DNA of 64,000 bases, from positions 29,551-93,550 of the forward strand of contig CAWJSK010000011.1 of NCBI GenBank assembly GCA_963845535.1, in the 5' to 3' direction. Origin of the DNA: an uncultured Spirochaetota bacterium (lineage in GTDB: Bacteria; Spirochaetota; Spirochaetia; SZUA-6; Fen-1364). Under the pieces are notes generated by a model that made no database searches, was not told the DNA's origin, and saw only the letters and a program-made list of their open reading frames with translations. Every line of letters begins with the position of its first letter. Positions within the stretch are counted from its first letter, which is position 1. A program made the translations under genes and the position numbers. Shown here one piece after another: positions 46,816-57,354 of this stretch.

Positions 46816-48483
46816 TCAATACAGGAAGCCAAGCCCGCCGCCTCCCTCGAAGGCGTAGCTTGCCGCGCCGTTGAAAACGCCGGCAGCCATCGCGGAAACG
46901 ATGACCCGCGTTCCCGGTACGAGCCAGTGCGCCTCGGCGCCGAGCTGGAACGGGAAATCCGACCACGCTGAGAGGAAGCCCGCGGAAAAAGGCTGCGTCC
47001 GAAGGGCCACGGAGACTCCCGTGGTGACGCTGCCGATGTCCGCCAGGACGCCCCCTCTGAGGTAGAGCCACGCAAGCGCGCCGGGCGTTGTGGACCCGTA
47101 CGGCGCCCACAGAGAGGTCGTCAGGCCGATGGTCCCGAGGATGCTCACCGGTCCAAGAACGAGCTGCGCCGGTAACGCGATATGAAGGCCGGTAGAGTCC
47201 GTGAAGACATCGGTCAAGAGGACGTTCCCGCCCGTCGGGGAGGAGTCGTACTGGAAGGACGCCTTTGCTTCCACGGCTGCTCCCATCCCGTATTCGCCCG
47301 CCGGCGAAAGGAAGTTCCACCTGACTGCGGCGCCAACGGCGAAAGGGATGGCGGTGGAAGCGGGAATGATGGCGCCCGTGGCGTCGATCTCCAGCCTGCT
47401 GCCAATCCCCAGGCGGATCCCCAGGGACAGGGGCGCCTGGTAAGCCGCCCCTTGCGCATATGCCGCGCCTAGAACGGAAGCCTGGAACTCTTCCGGCGGG
47501 AGGACCTCCGCAACGGGGGCAAAGAGAAGTCCCGCGCTTCCGCTCCACAGGGATCTCGGGGCAATCTTGAGCGTCCGATCCACCCTGAGCTCCGCCTCCT
47601 GCCGGGATGATTCGCCCCCTTTCCCCTGGCCTGAGAGCACCACCCGGTAGTCGCCGTCCGCAAGGGGGCGGCCGGCGTTGTCCCGCACGTCCCAGGCAAA
47701 TGACTGGCTCCAGGTCTCGAAATCCGGGAGCGCCCTGGTGAAGACGACTGTTTCCTCGGGGTCGTACACCTCGATCTTCCCCGTTCCCGGGCCGGTCACG
47801 GCGAACCGCCCCTCCACGACGCCGAGAACGCCGGGGTTGTCCGGGTTTACCCGCCCGCGAAGGAGGGAAAAATCGGCAACGGCAAAAGGAGCCGGCAGGA
47901 GGTTCACGGAGAGCGGCGTGACCGTCTTTTCCGTGATTGTCACGTGCCCCGTGAAATCAGCGTAGCCGAAAGCCCTGACGCTCACGGTGTAGCTTCCAAC
48001 GGGCAGCTCCTGCAGCCCGGGGGAGACAACCGAGTTGGCAACCGTCACCACGGCGTTCGGCGGAGAAACATCGATCTGCAGGAATCCCGTGATCCGCGTG
48101 AGGCTCGTCTGGTACAGCATGTAGTCGCTCGTGAACTGAAGCCACGTGGATACTTCCCGGTATCCCGCCTTTCGCAAGAGAAGCTGATGCCAGCCCTGCG
48201 TGACGTCGGTAACGATGAACGGCGTAAGGCCCTTGAAATCCCCGTCCACCCAGATTTCGGCCCGATCCGGATCAGAGACGATCTCCAGACCTTGCTTGGT
48301 GGTGGGGACTTGCGTGGGAGGTTTTTCCTGCTGCGGCGCTGAACCCTGCGTGACCGTAACGGGGGCGCTGCCGGATCCGGTTGTGGAGCAGGATGTCAGC
48401 ATCCCGACGGCAAGCGCGGCAAGAAGTCCCGCGGCCGGCGCGGAGAGGCGGAAAACCACGAGTGAAGCGCGCGAAGCGTTCAT
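46816..48483 (-). CDS. PEGA-domain lipoprotein with FlgD-like Ig domain and C-terminal beta-barrel-like region
   Basis: Lipobox LTSC; SDPDRAEIWVDG...GLTP PEGA x2; WDVRDNAGRPLADGDY FlgD-Ig; ends GLGFLY. Confidence 0.8.
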   Translation of the reverse strand: MNASRASLVVFRLSAPAAGLLAALAVGMLTSCSTTGSGSAPVTVTQGSAPQQEKPPTQVPTTKQGLEIVSDPDRAEIWVDGDFKGLTPFIVTDVTQGWHQLLLRKAGYREVSTWLQFTSDYMLYQTSLTRITGFLQIDVSPPNAVVTVANSVVSPGLQELPVGSYTVSVRAFGYADFTGHVTITEKTVTPLSVNLLPAPFAVADFSLLRGRVNPDNPGVLGVVEGRFAVTGPGTGKIEVYDPEETVVFTRALPDFETWSQSFAWDVRDNAGRPLADGDYRVVLSGQGKGGESSRQEAELRVDRTLKIAPRSLWSGSAGLLFAPVAEVLPPEEFQASVLGAAYAQGAAYQAPLSLGIRLGIGSRLEIDATGAIIPASTAIPFAVGAAVRWNFLSPAGEYGMGAAVEAKASFQYDSSPTGGNVLLTDVFTDSTGLHIALPAQLVLGPVSILGTIGLTTSLWAPYGSTTPGALAWLYLRGGVLADIGSVTTGVSVALRTQPFSAGFLSAWSDFPFQLGAEAHWLVPGTRVIVSAMAAGVFNGAASYAFEGGGGLGFLY

Positions 48484-48576
48484 CACGGTGTGAGTGTAGC
48501 CCCGTGGCATCCCGGAATGCAAGGAGAACGACAGTGGTGCCCACGGAGGTCTTGAAAACCGCCGATAATGAGAGGG

Positions 48577-49161
48577 ATGATGCGATCTGCCATGATGCTG
48601 ACCTTGGCGTTACCCGTTCTTGTCCTTCTTGCGCCGGCTCCGGCAGCCATTTTTGCCCAGGCCGCCTCCCCGTCCCCGGCGCCTCCCCCATCCCAATCGC
48701 CTTTGCCCCGTTCGTTCCGCGGGATCAGCCTGGGAATGAATATCGACGACGTCAAGAAGGCCCTCATCGCTGATCCGCTGTTCGGCTACCGGGGTGATCC
48801 GGACGTCAGCCTGCTGCCGCGCACCCACCAGTACCTCATAGAATGCGAGGGCGCATCGTACATTCACCGGGCCTACTTCCAGTTCGCGGACGGAAAGCTT
48901 TTGACGATGATTCTCGACCTGGACTCCGAGAAGCTCGACCACTACTCCCTGTTCAGCGCCTTGAGCGCAAAGTATGGTCAGCCCACAAGCCTCAGCCCGC
49001 AGGAAAGCGTGTGGCAGTCCGGCCTCGTGCGCCTTTCCCTGGAAAGGCCGTTGACGGTGAAATACATCGACGAGGCGGCATTCACGGCGCTTGTGGGAAA
49101 AAGCGGCGCGCCGAGCGACCTGGAAACCCTCTCCCGAGAGAAGTTCATTGAGCAGTTCTAG
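48577..49161 (+). CDS. secreted hypothetical protein
   Basis: Signal peptide; FRGISLGMNIDDVKKAL ... KYGQP pattern. Confidence 0.75.
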   Translation: MMRSAMMLTLALPVLVLLAPAPAAIFAQAASPSPAPPPSQSPLPRSFRGISLGMNIDDVKKALIADPLFGYRGDPDVSLLPRTHQYLIECEGASYIHRAYFQFADGKLLTMILDLDSEKLDHYSLFSALSAKYGQPTSLSPQESVWQSGLVRLSLERPLTVKYIDEAAFTALVGKSGAPSDLETLSREKFIEQF

Positions 49162-50341
49162 CCCGGGCAGCGCTCCATCCATCGCCTTGAAGCCGGGCCG
49201 GGAATCTCCCGCCCGAAAGAGGCACCACCCCTGGATCTACAGCCAGGCAGTTTCCGAGGTGAAGGCGGACCCTTCGAGCGAGGGTCTGTTCCGGGTCGTC
49301 GCCTCGGACAACAGCCCCGTCGGATGGGGTTTCTACTCTCCCGCCAGCCTCATTGCGGTACGGATGGTGAGCTTTGATGACGAGCGTCCGGAAACGGATT
49401 GGGCGGAGCGCCGGACGCACTCGGCGTTCCTTCTGCGCTCGGCATTCGACCTGGATACGGACGCCATGCGTGTCGTGAACTCAGAGGGGGACTTCCTCCC
49501 GGGGCTCATCGTCGATCTCTACGGCGACACGGCCGTTGTGACGGCTCACGTTCGGGGAATGGAGGCTGAGGTGGACCGCATTGCCGCGCGTCTCCAGGCC
49601 CTTGTCCCCCGAGCGCGGATCTATTTCAAACGCGACGAACATTACGCGCGCGTGGAGGGCCTTTCCCGTCCATCTGGGTTTGTTGTCGGAAGCGGAGAGG
49701 GCACCTGCGTCATCCGGGAAGGAGCCGTCAGGCTCATCGTGGATTTTCAGGCGGGGCAGAAGACAGGCTTCTACCTCGACCAGCGCGCGAACAGGCGCCT
49801 CATAGCGCGCTCAAGCGCCGGCAGGAAAGTCCTCAACCTGTTCTCGTACACCGGTGCCGTGGCGCTGGAGGCCGCCGCTGCCGGCGCCAGGCGCGTCGTA
49901 TCGGTTGAAAGCTCGCATCGCGCGGTCGAGCTTGCGCAGGAGAACGCCCGCCTGAACCCTGACCTCGCGCGGTGCGAGCTGGAATGGGTGCAGGCGGACG
50001 TTTTTTCGTACCTGGAAAACGCGGAGAGCCAGGACGTGGTGGTTGCGGATCCTCCGCCCTTTGCCAGGAGACGCGCCGAGCTGTCAGGGGCGCTTCAAGG
50101 ATATCTTTCCCTTTTTCAACAATGCATCAGGATCCTCGCTCCCGGAGGGTTTGCTTTCCTGTTTTCATGCTCGGGGGCGGTGGACAGGCCGATGTTCCGG
50201 GACGTCGTGGTGGAAGCCGGGCGCAGGGCTGGGCGAAACGTCAGGCTCCTCCAGGAGTTGCACGCGGACCTGGACCACCCCGTGGCGTCGACGCATCCCG
50301 AAGGGGAGTATCTGAAGGGATGGATGGTCCATGCTGAATGA
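49148..50341 (+). CDS. rlmI: RlmI-like 23S rRNA m5C methyltransferase (PUA + SAM domain)
   Basis: HPWIY, NSEGDFLPGLIVD, GQKTGFYLDQR, VLNLFSYTG, DPPPF, SCS and PEGEYLK motifs. Confidence 0.85.
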   Translation: MSSSSPGSAPSIALKPGRESPARKRHHPWIYSQAVSEVKADPSSEGLFRVVASDNSPVGWGFYSPASLIAVRMVSFDDERPETDWAERRTHSAFLLRSAFDLDTDAMRVVNSEGDFLPGLIVDLYGDTAVVTAHVRGMEAEVDRIAARLQALVPRARIYFKRDEHYARVEGLSRPSGFVVGSGEGTCVIREGAVRLIVDFQAGQKTGFYLDQRANRRLIARSSAGRKVLNLFSYTGAVALEAAAAGARRVVSVESSHRAVELAQENARLNPDLARCELEWVQADVFSYLENAESQDVVVADPPPFARRRAELSGALQGYLSLFQQCIRILAPGGFAFLFSCSGAVDRPMFRDVVVEAGRRAGRNVRLLQELHADLDHPVASTHPEGEYLKGWMVHAE

Positions 50342-50810
50342 GTTGAAGGCAAGGGCGGCGTGGACAGGGTTGTGCGCGCCGGCGGGCCGGATGCTGACGG
50401 CCATAGTCCTGGCGCTCTCCTTCGCGGGCTGCGCCCACAGCCTGGACAAGGTGGTGCTTCGGGTTGACGGCCGCGAAATAGCCGCTGATGTGGCCCGCAC
50501 GGAAAGCGAACGAGAGCACGGGCTCATGGGACGTACCCGCCTTGACCTGACGGAAGGAATGATCTTCGTTTTCGACCGGGACGAGCATCTGGAGTTCTGG
50601 ATGAAGAACACGCCTCTGCCTCTATCCATAGCATTCATCAGCGCTGAGGGAAAGATCCTGGAAATCCGGGACATGCAGCCTTTCGATCTCAAGATCATCA
50701 GGTCGCGGTTTTCCGCGCGCTACGCCCTCGAGATGAACCAGGGAGCTTTCCAGAAGCTGGGGATAGCCGAGGGTGACGTAGTGGCTTTCCCGCCCGGTTT
50801 CGAGCGCTGA
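50331..50810 (+). CDS. DUF192-family lipoprotein
   Basis: GLMGR, GMIFVF, FWMKNTPLPLSIAFI and YALEMNQG motifs; start may be 50391. Confidence 0.9.
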   Translation: MLNELKARAAWTGLCAPAGRMLTAIVLALSFAGCAHSLDKVVLRVDGREIAADVARTESEREHGLMGRTRLDLTEGMIFVFDRDEHLEFWMKNTPLPLSIAFISAEGKILEIRDMQPFDLKIIRSRFSARYALEMNQGAFQKLGIAEGDVVAFPPGFER

Positions 50811-50816
50811 GGACCG

Positions 50817-51068
50817 CTACTCCCTGTCTTCTTCCGAAAGCTCAGGGAAAAGCTCAAGCGCCGGCTCCTCGTCTTCCGCTCCGGGCTCCCGCGTGAGGAT
50901 CTCCACTTTCCTTTCGACACGGGCAAGATCTTTCTCCAGGGACCGCGCCAGCTTCATTCCTTCCTCAAAGAGCGTCACCGCCTCCTCCAACGGGATCTTT
51001 CCTTCCCGCAGCTTCTCGGCGAGCTTCTCCAGCCTTTCCAGCCTTTCCTCAAAGCTTTTCGTCGGCAT
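50817..51068 (-). CDS. xseB: exodeoxyribonuclease VII small subunit
   Basis: SFEERLERLE ... PLEEAVTLFEEGMKL; GGAGG RBS. Confidence 0.93.
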   Translation of the reverse strand: MPTKSFEERLERLEKLAEKLREGKIPLEEAVTLFEEGMKLARSLEKDLARVERKVEILTREPGAEDEEPALELFPELSEEDRE

Positions 51069-52275
51069 GCGTTTCCTCCACGGTTGCCCGCATTCGGCCC
51101 AGCGCGAGCCTGATGTCCAGCCCATCCCCGGTCTTCACGCCCTGCGCTGAAAGGAGCACCGTGCGGCTTTTCTCATGCGTGACTACGGCATATCCCCTCT
51201 GGAGGACCGCCAGGGGGGAATAGGATTCGATCTGCCGCGATGCAAGCTCGAACCTGTGGCGCGCCTCAGCAAGCCTGCCCTGGAAACCGAGGTTGACCCC
51301 TTCCCGCGCGTCATCAAGCCGCTGGAGTGAGGGTTGAAGCAGGAGCCTGATGTTCCGCTCGAGGTTCTCCGGCGTGAACTGCCCCAGGAGAAGCCGGATC
51401 CTTTCCAGCCGGCCCTGAAGCGCGCCTTGGAGGACGGATTGGAGCCCCGCAACCTGCGCCAAAAGCTCAGTGCTGGAGGCAGCCACCATCTCCGCCGCTG
51501 CGGACGGAGTGGGCGCTCGAATGTCCGCCGCCAGGTCGGAAAGAGTCACGTCAGTTTCATGTCCCACCGCGGAGATGACGGGCACCGGCGATGCGGCGAT
51601 TGCCCGGACCACGACCTCCGAGGAAAAGGGGAGAAGGTCTTCGAGGGATCCGCCGCCTCTGCCGACGATAATCACCTCACCGAGCTTCCATCTCCCGGCG
51701 GCCTCGATGGCGCTGGCGATCTTCTCAGCCGCCCCTTCTCCCTGTACAGGGGTCGGAACGATGACGACATCCATTCCCGCGTTGCGCCGGCGCAGGACGC
51801 GCAGGATGTCACGCACGGCTGCGCCGGTAGGCGAGGTGACCACCGCAATACGCGCGGGAAGAATGGGGAGAGGCCTCTTCCGCGACGCATCGAACAAACC
51901 TTCCGCCGCCAGCGCGCGCTTGCGCTCCTCCAGCATGGCAAGGATGTCCCCTTGCCCGGCGCGCGCGAGTGATTCGCAGATGAGCTGGTAATTGCCGCGG
52001 CGCGCATATACCGAGATGCTCCCCGTGGCGGTGACGAGCATCCCATCCTCCGGATTGAACTTCACGGATTCCAGCCTTCCGCGGAACATGACGATGGACA
52101 GCACGGCATTCATGTCCTTCAGGCTGAAATACCAGTGGCCGCTCGCCGACGGCCGGAAGTTGGAGATCTCTCCTTGCACCGTGATCCACGGGAAGCCGTC
52201 TTCCAGGGTGAGCTTGATGAGCTCCGTGATCTCCGTGACCGAGTAGCGTTTCTGCTCTCCGGGGCGCTCCGGCAT
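51049..52275 (-). CDS. xseA: exodeoxyribonuclease VII large subunit
   Basis: GEISNF, SGHWYFSLKD, TSPTGAA, RGGGSLEDL, SAVGHETD and APTPSAAAE motifs. Confidence 0.97.
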   Translation of the reverse strand: MPERPGEQKRYSVTEITELIKLTLEDGFPWITVQGEISNFRPSASGHWYFSLKDMNAVLSIVMFRGRLESVKFNPEDGMLVTATGSISVYARRGNYQLICESLARAGQGDILAMLEERKRALAAEGLFDASRKRPLPILPARIAVVTSPTGAAVRDILRVLRRRNAGMDVVIVPTPVQGEGAAEKIASAIEAAGRWKLGEVIIVGRGGGSLEDLLPFSSEVVVRAIAASPVPVISAVGHETDVTLSDLAADIRAPTPSAAAEMVAASSTELLAQVAGLQSVLQGALQGRLERIRLLLGQFTPENLERNIRLLLQPSLQRLDDAREGVNLGFQGRLAEARHRFELASRQIESYSPLAVLQRGYAVVTHEKSRTVLLSAQGVKTGDGLDIRLALGRMRATVEETHADEKL

Positions 52276-52338
52276 GATCGTGCAGCCTACACCTTTCTTG
52301 AACTTCCCGGCAATCTGTCGATACTATCAGCGAGGGTC

Positions 52339-53841
52339 ATGAAGAATATTGCCGTCATCAACGCCACTGACCTGCGGCCGCACGCCGCGCGGCCCGTCAT
52401 CAACGGCTCTTCCTCCTTCCGCCGTGCGCTCGAGTTCGGGCGCGGACTCCCCGGCGTTGAACAGACGGTGATCTTTGCTTCCCAAGACCGCGCCCTCCCT
52501 CCGGAAACGCCCCCGGATTGCCGCGTGATTGCGCGCGCATCCTGGACGGTGGCTGATCTCACCGCGGAGATGGAAAAAGCCGTCTCGGGTTTCGAGGACG
52601 CCTTCTATTTTTTTGCCGATTGCCCGTTTCTCGACCCAACTATCGCCCGAAAAATGCACGCCAGCCACCGAACGTATTGGGCGGACTACACCTTCGCGGA
52701 CGGCTTCCCGCAGGGGCTCACGCCGGAGATCCTGACACGGGAAACGGTGAGCCGTTTGCGCGCCTTGTCCTCCGCGGATACCGGCCTCCCGGATCGGGAA
52801 ACTCTCTTCGCAATCATACGGAAGGACATCAATTCATTCGACATCGAGACCGAGCTTGCCCCCGTGGACCTGCGCCTCCTGCGCGTCCGGCTCGCCGCGG
52901 ACACCGAGCGCAGCTTCCTCCTCATGAAGCGGATCGTGGAGAAAGGCGGCCATGACACGGATTCGATCTGCCGTGTCCTTCAGGAAGAGCCGCGGATCCT
53001 CCGTACGCTTCCCGCCTTCTTCCCCATTCAGATCGTGGAGAGATGCCCGTACGCCTGCTCCTATTGTCCCTACCCGGTCTTTGCCGGGGACGTCACGAAG
53101 AAAGGCGCGGTCATGGACCCGGAAAAGTTCGCGGCCCTTGCCGCGAAGATCGCGGCATTCAGCGGGGACGCGGTTGTCGACATCTCCCTCTGGGGAGAGC
53201 CGTCGCTTCACCCGGAGATATACCGGATCATGTCGTCGGTCCTCTCCACGCCGGGCCTTTCCCTCGTGGTGGAGACTTCGGGGGTGGGGTGGAACCCGGA
53301 GGTTTTCCGCCGCGTTCGGGATTCCTTCGCGTCTCAGCCGACCTGGATCGTGTCCCTTGATGCTTCCTCGGAGCAGATGTACCAGCGGCTTCGGGGCCCG
53401 GGTTTCGCGGAGGCGGTGAAGACGGCCGAGTCGCTGCTTTCGGTCTTTCCGGGAAAGACCTGGGTCCAGGCCGTGCGGATGAAGGAAAACGAGGAGGACC
53501 TGGAGATCTTCTACAAATCCTGGAAGACGAAGACAGAGAACATCATCATCCAGAAATACGACTCGTTCAGCGCTTTTCTGCCGGATCGGAAAGTAGCGGA
53601 CCTGTCGCCCGTGAGGCGCTTTCCCTGCTGGCACCTGAAGCGCGACATGGCCGTCCTGCTGGACGGGACGGTCCCTCTGTGCAGGGAGGATGTGCGCGTG
53701 GAGCACACACTAGGAAACGCGTTCACTGAGGACCTGGCAAAAATCTGGGGCCGGGGGGAGAGCGTCTATCAGCAGCACATCGCGGAAAAATACCCGTCTC
53801 TCTGCGCCCGCTGCGATGAGTACTACACGTATAACTTCTGA
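52339..53841 (+). CDS. spiro-SPASM protein (cytidylyltransferase-like N-domain + radical SAM + SPASM)
   Basis: DCPFLD, YTFADGFPQGL, CPYACSYC, PCWHLKRD...LCRED and CARCDEYYTYNF motifs. Confidence 0.87.
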   Translation: MKNIAVINATDLRPHAARPVINGSSSFRRALEFGRGLPGVEQTVIFASQDRALPPETPPDCRVIARASWTVADLTAEMEKAVSGFEDAFYFFADCPFLDPTIARKMHASHRTYWADYTFADGFPQGLTPEILTRETVSRLRALSSADTGLPDRETLFAIIRKDINSFDIETELAPVDLRLLRVRLAADTERSFLLMKRIVEKGGHDTDSICRVLQEEPRILRTLPAFFPIQIVERCPYACSYCPYPVFAGDVTKKGAVMDPEKFAALAAKIAAFSGDAVVDISLWGEPSLHPEIYRIMSSVLSTPGLSLVVETSGVGWNPEVFRRVRDSFASQPTWIVSLDASSEQMYQRLRGPGFAEAVKTAESLLSVFPGKTWVQAVRMKENEEDLEIFYKSWKTKTENIIIQKYDSFSAFLPDRKVADLSPVRRFPCWHLKRDMAVLLDGTVPLCREDVRVEHTLGNAFTEDLAKIWGRGESVYQQHIAEKYPSLCARCDEYYTYNF

Positions 53842-54811
53842 TTCGCCGCGCGCGCGCATCGACATCCCGGGCGCCCATTCCAGCCCTGTTCCCTACACGG
53901 TGATCGGCGGGCCGAGGTGGGACCGCATCAGGAAGTACCCTTATCCGCTTACCCTCCTCGTGATGAGCAGGGGGGACAGGCTCTTCCGCTCCGAGCTCCT
54001 CTCGGACCTCCTCTCGCGGGAGCTTGGCGAGGTTGTCTGGGTGGAGGGACACGAGCCTTCCGCGGACGTCGAGACCCTGGCGCGGGAGCACCCGGACGTG
54101 CGCTTCCTGCTCATCAAGGAGCCGGCCTCAGCCGGTGAGTGTGTCAACATCGGGATTGCAGAGGCGCGCGCGCCCTTTGTCCTCTGCTTCTGGAGCGACA
54201 TGCGCCCGGGCCGGTTCCCGCGGGAGTTGCCGGAGTCCCTCGAAAAATCCGGAGTCGTCTGCACCGTGCCTCTGAGCCGCAACGCGAAGCTTCAACCAAT
54301 CCCGTCCTGGCAATCCCCTGTGAGGCGGAAGCGGAGGCTTTCCATCACCTACCGCATACCGCGCCGGGACGGGGAGGACACGCTCTTCCCTTTCGACTAT
54401 TGCGGCGTATACAACACGGACAAGTTTCTTCGAATGGGGGGGTTCGATCCTTCGCTCCCCAACCCCTACTGGCAAAAGCTCGACTTCGGCTTCCGCTGCT
54501 TCCTCTGGGGGGAAAGGATCACGGGCTCGACGCAGGTCTCTCTCACGTATACGGCCGCGCCTCCAACGGACAACTCGACCCCGGACCGCAGCTACAAGCT
54601 TTTCTACCTGAAGAACATGGCCGTGAGGATGCGTCGGGAAATGGGGATCCTGCCGGACCGGTTTTTCCTGGACTATCTTGTCCATTCGGACGCCAGTCCG
54701 CTTGACTCCTTGCGGGAGTTCGGCGCCGTACGCGACTGGGTGCGCGCGCACAGGTTCCGATTCCGCAGGGACCCGCGGGACCTCATGCAGAAGTGGGGGG
54801 CCGAAGAGTGA
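53816..54811 (+). CDS. GT-A fold glycosyltransferase-like protein
   Basis: GECVNIG, TLFPFDYCGVY and GGFD...PYWQKLDFG motifs. Confidence 0.65.
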   Translation: MSTTRITSDSPRARIDIPGAHSSPVPYTVIGGPRWDRIRKYPYPLTLLVMSRGDRLFRSELLSDLLSRELGEVVWVEGHEPSADVETLAREHPDVRFLLIKEPASAGECVNIGIAEARAPFVLCFWSDMRPGRFPRELPESLEKSGVVCTVPLSRNAKLQPIPSWQSPVRRKRRLSITYRIPRRDGEDTLFPFDYCGVYNTDKFLRMGGFDPSLPNPYWQKLDFGFRCFLWGERITGSTQVSLTYTAAPPTDNSTPDRSYKLFYLKNMAVRMRREMGILPDRFFLDYLVHSDASPLDSLREFGAVRDWVRAHRFRFRRDPRDLMQKWGAEE

Positions 54812-55501
54812 GCCTCGGGATCTCTCATCCAGGTCAGGCTCGGCTCCACGCGCCTGCCGGCCAAGGCGCTGCTCCCCGTGGCGGGCTGCACCATCATCCA
54901 GCACGTCATGCGCGCCATGGCGCGAGTCCCCGCGGATGTCAGGGCGCTCGTGACCGAGGCTCAGAGCGCGGCCGCGCTTGCCTCCGTTGCGCGGGAGGAA
55001 GGGTTCCTCCTTTTTGTGGGTCCTGAGGATGACGTTCTTGCCCGCTATTGCATGGCCGCACGAGAGTACGGCGTGGATACCATGGTCCGCGCCACCGGGG
55101 ACAACCCTCTCACCTCCGCAGAGCTTGCCCGGAGCATCCTGGAGGTGCACCGAGAGAACAGCGCGGACCTGAGCCACTACCTGGGCATTCCCTGGGGAAG
55201 CGGGATCGAAGTCATCCGATCGGAGTCGCTCTTCGTTGCCGAAAAGGAAGCCAGGGACACGACGGAAAGGGAGCACGCAACGACCTTCCTGTACCGCAAC
55301 GCTCATCGGTTCCGCATTATCGAAGCGAATGCGCCGCGCGGATGCGCCCTTCCTGACGCCCGCGTGACCGTGGATACGCCGGAGGATTACGAGCAGGTGA
55401 AACAGATTTTCAACGACCTGTACCGCGGAGAGCCCATCGAAACGCATCAGGTCGTGTCGTGGTTCCAGTCGCAGGCCGTTGTGCGAGGAGGCGGGGAGTG
55501 A
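54808..55501 (+). CDS. spsF: SpsF-like acylneuraminate cytidylyltransferase; +1 frameshift near 54823
   Basis: IQVRLGSTRLPAK, GPEDDVLARY, RATGDNP, EREH and RVTVDT motifs; GTG 54808 is one base out of frame with the gene body. Confidence 0.85.
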
Positions 55502-57354
55502 GCGCCGGCCGCAGCTATCTGCTCGTTCCGGCGGGCGGGCGCGGCGAAGGGCTGGGACATCTCAACCGATGCCGGCGCCTGGCAGAGGAGCTGGCGCGCC
55601 TGAAGGGGGAGCAGCGTCCCCGCGTCACCTTCCTTGCCTCTGACATGGACGAGGCATCCCGCGCGTTTCTCCGGCGTTCCCTGAACGGCAAGGGCCGGGG
55701 ATCGAACGTCGTCCTTGCATTGAAACCAGGCATTCGTTGGGACCTTATCGTGCTCGACCGACGGGCCACCTCGAAAGAGGAGCTTCGGCGATTCCAGGAG
55801 AGCGGCCCTGTCGTTTGCCTCGACGAGGGCGGAGAAGCGCGCCGGACAGCCTCGTTCCTGATCGACGCAATTCCACGGCTTCCCGAAAAGAGCCCGTCGC
55901 GCGGACCTCTTGGCGGCGGAAGCGCTCCCAATCTTTCGTCTCTCTCCATGCTTGAGCTTCCGAGGCGCTCGCGCGCCAAAATGAAGTGGCCTCCCCGAAG
56001 GGTCCTTATAAGCTTCGGCGGAGAAGACAAGGAAAACCTCAGCAGCGGGCTGCTCGACGCCTTGCTCGGAAACGGCATTTTCAAGCAGTCACAGATAACA
56101 CTCGTCGAGGGTCCCCTGTTCGCGTTTCATGATTGGCCCGCGGGGATCACCGTTGTGCGAAACGCCTCGGGGCTGGAAGATCGTTTGCGCTCGTGCGACG
56201 TGCTGTTTACGCATTTTGGAATCACCGCGCTCGAGGCGTTCGCCTCCGGGACCCCGGCCATCCTGCTCAACCCTGGCCAGTACCATGCGCGCCTGGGCCG
56301 GACCGTCGGTTTCCCTGACATCGGGATCAGGGTCCCGGACGTCAGGCTGCTCAAGACCCTGCTTGCGGACGGCGCGACGGTGCGCGCTCGTCTGGATGCC
56401 TTCAACGCGCGGACGGACCGACGCCGCGCATGGAGCCTGCCCACTCTGCTTGCTTCCCTGCGGCCCCAGGGAAAGCCGCGGTGCCCGGTGTGCGCTCGGG
56501 ATGGGAACAGCGTCCTGGCGCGGTTCCCTGAGCGGACGTACCGGCTCTGCAGGGAATGCGGGGTCACGTACCTGGAAAGCTTCGCTTCAGCCCCCACGAA
56601 GTACGGCGCGCGCTATTTCGGGCAGGAATACAAGGCTCATTACGGCAGGACTTACCTGGAGGATTTCCAGGCCATCAAGAACGCTTCCCGTGATCGACTG
56701 CGCATCATTCGCGCAATGGCGGGGGAGAGCCTGAGAGGGGACATCGTCGACGTGGGGTGCGCGTACGGACCTTTTCTTTCCGCTGTGAAGGACGAGGCAC
56801 TGCCGTGCTTCGGCCTTGATGTCTCAGACGAGGCCGTGAGATACGTCCGAAAGTCTCTCGGCATCCCAGCCGTGTGCTCTTCCTTCGAGGCGGTGAAAAG
56901 GCGGCAGTTGCCCGGCCTGATATCCGCGCTCACGCTCTGGTACGTCATCGAGCATTTCACCGACGTGGGCCTTGTGCTGCGCAAGGCCGCGGCCCTCCTT
57001 TCGTCGGGCGGAATCCTGGCCTTCTCCACTCCGAACGGGCAGGGGATATCCGCCAGGAAGGATCTTCGCGCATTTCTCGACAACAGCCCGCCGGACCACT
57101 TTACGATCTTCCGGCCCGCGGGCCTTGGCAGGATTCTCGCATCATATGGCTTCGAGCTTCGGCGCGTTCGGATCACGGGACACCACCCCGAGCGTTTCCC
57201 TGGCTTGCTAGGAAGGCTCGGCACCGGGGACGCCTCGGGCTCCAGGGACGCCTACGGCTCCAGGGCGGCCTCGGGCGCCGTGGCAGCAGCGAGCCGCCTG
57301 CTGCGGATGGGCGACACCTTCGAAGCGTACGCGGTCAAGGTGGAAGAAGTATGA
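55498..57354 (+). CDS. PseG/SpsG-like GT-B domain fused to a zinc-ribbon class I SAM methyltransferase
   Basis: GEGLGHLNRC, ISFGGED and HFGITALEA; CPVC...CREC; DVGCAYG, YVIEH and STPN motifs. Confidence 0.82.
   Translation: MSAGRSYLLVPAGGRGEGLGHLNRCRRLAEELARLKGEQRPRVTFLASDMDEASRAFLRRSLNGKGRGSNVVLALKPGIRWDLIVLDRRATSKEELRRFQESGPVVCLDEGGEARRTASFLIDAIPRLPEKSPSRGPLGGGSAPNLSSLSMLELPRRSRAKMKWPPRRVLISFGGEDKENLSSGLLDALLGNGIFKQSQITLVEGPLFAFHDWPAGITVVRNASGLEDRLRSCDVLFTHFGITALEAFASGTPAILLNPGQYHARLGRTVGFPDIGIRVPDVRLLKTLLADGATVRARLDAFNARTDRRRAWSLPTLLASLRPQGKPRCPVCARDGNSVLARFPERTYRLCRECGVTYLESFASAPTKYGARYFGQEYKAHYGRTYLEDFQAIKNASRDRLRIIRAMAGESLRGDIVDVGCAYGPFLSAVKDEALPCFGLDVSDEAVRYVRKSLGIPAVCSSFEAVKRRQLPGLISALTLWYVIEHFTDVGLVLRKAAALLSSGGILAFSTPNGQGISARKDLRAFLDNSPPDHFTIFRPAGLGRILASYGFELRRVRITGHHPERFPGLLGRLGTGDASGSRDAYGSRAASGAVAAASRLLRMGDTFEAYAVKVEEV

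Noticed and set aside
48561..48568. Perfect sigma28 -10 box GCCGATAA
   Set aside because: No TAAA/TCAA-like -35 at 15-nt spacing; may simply overlap a GATAAT sigma70 -10 box
57228..57276. 18-bp in-frame repeat (DASGSR/DAYGSR) in the methyltransferase
   Set aside because: Small loop expansion by slippage with no evident functional significance
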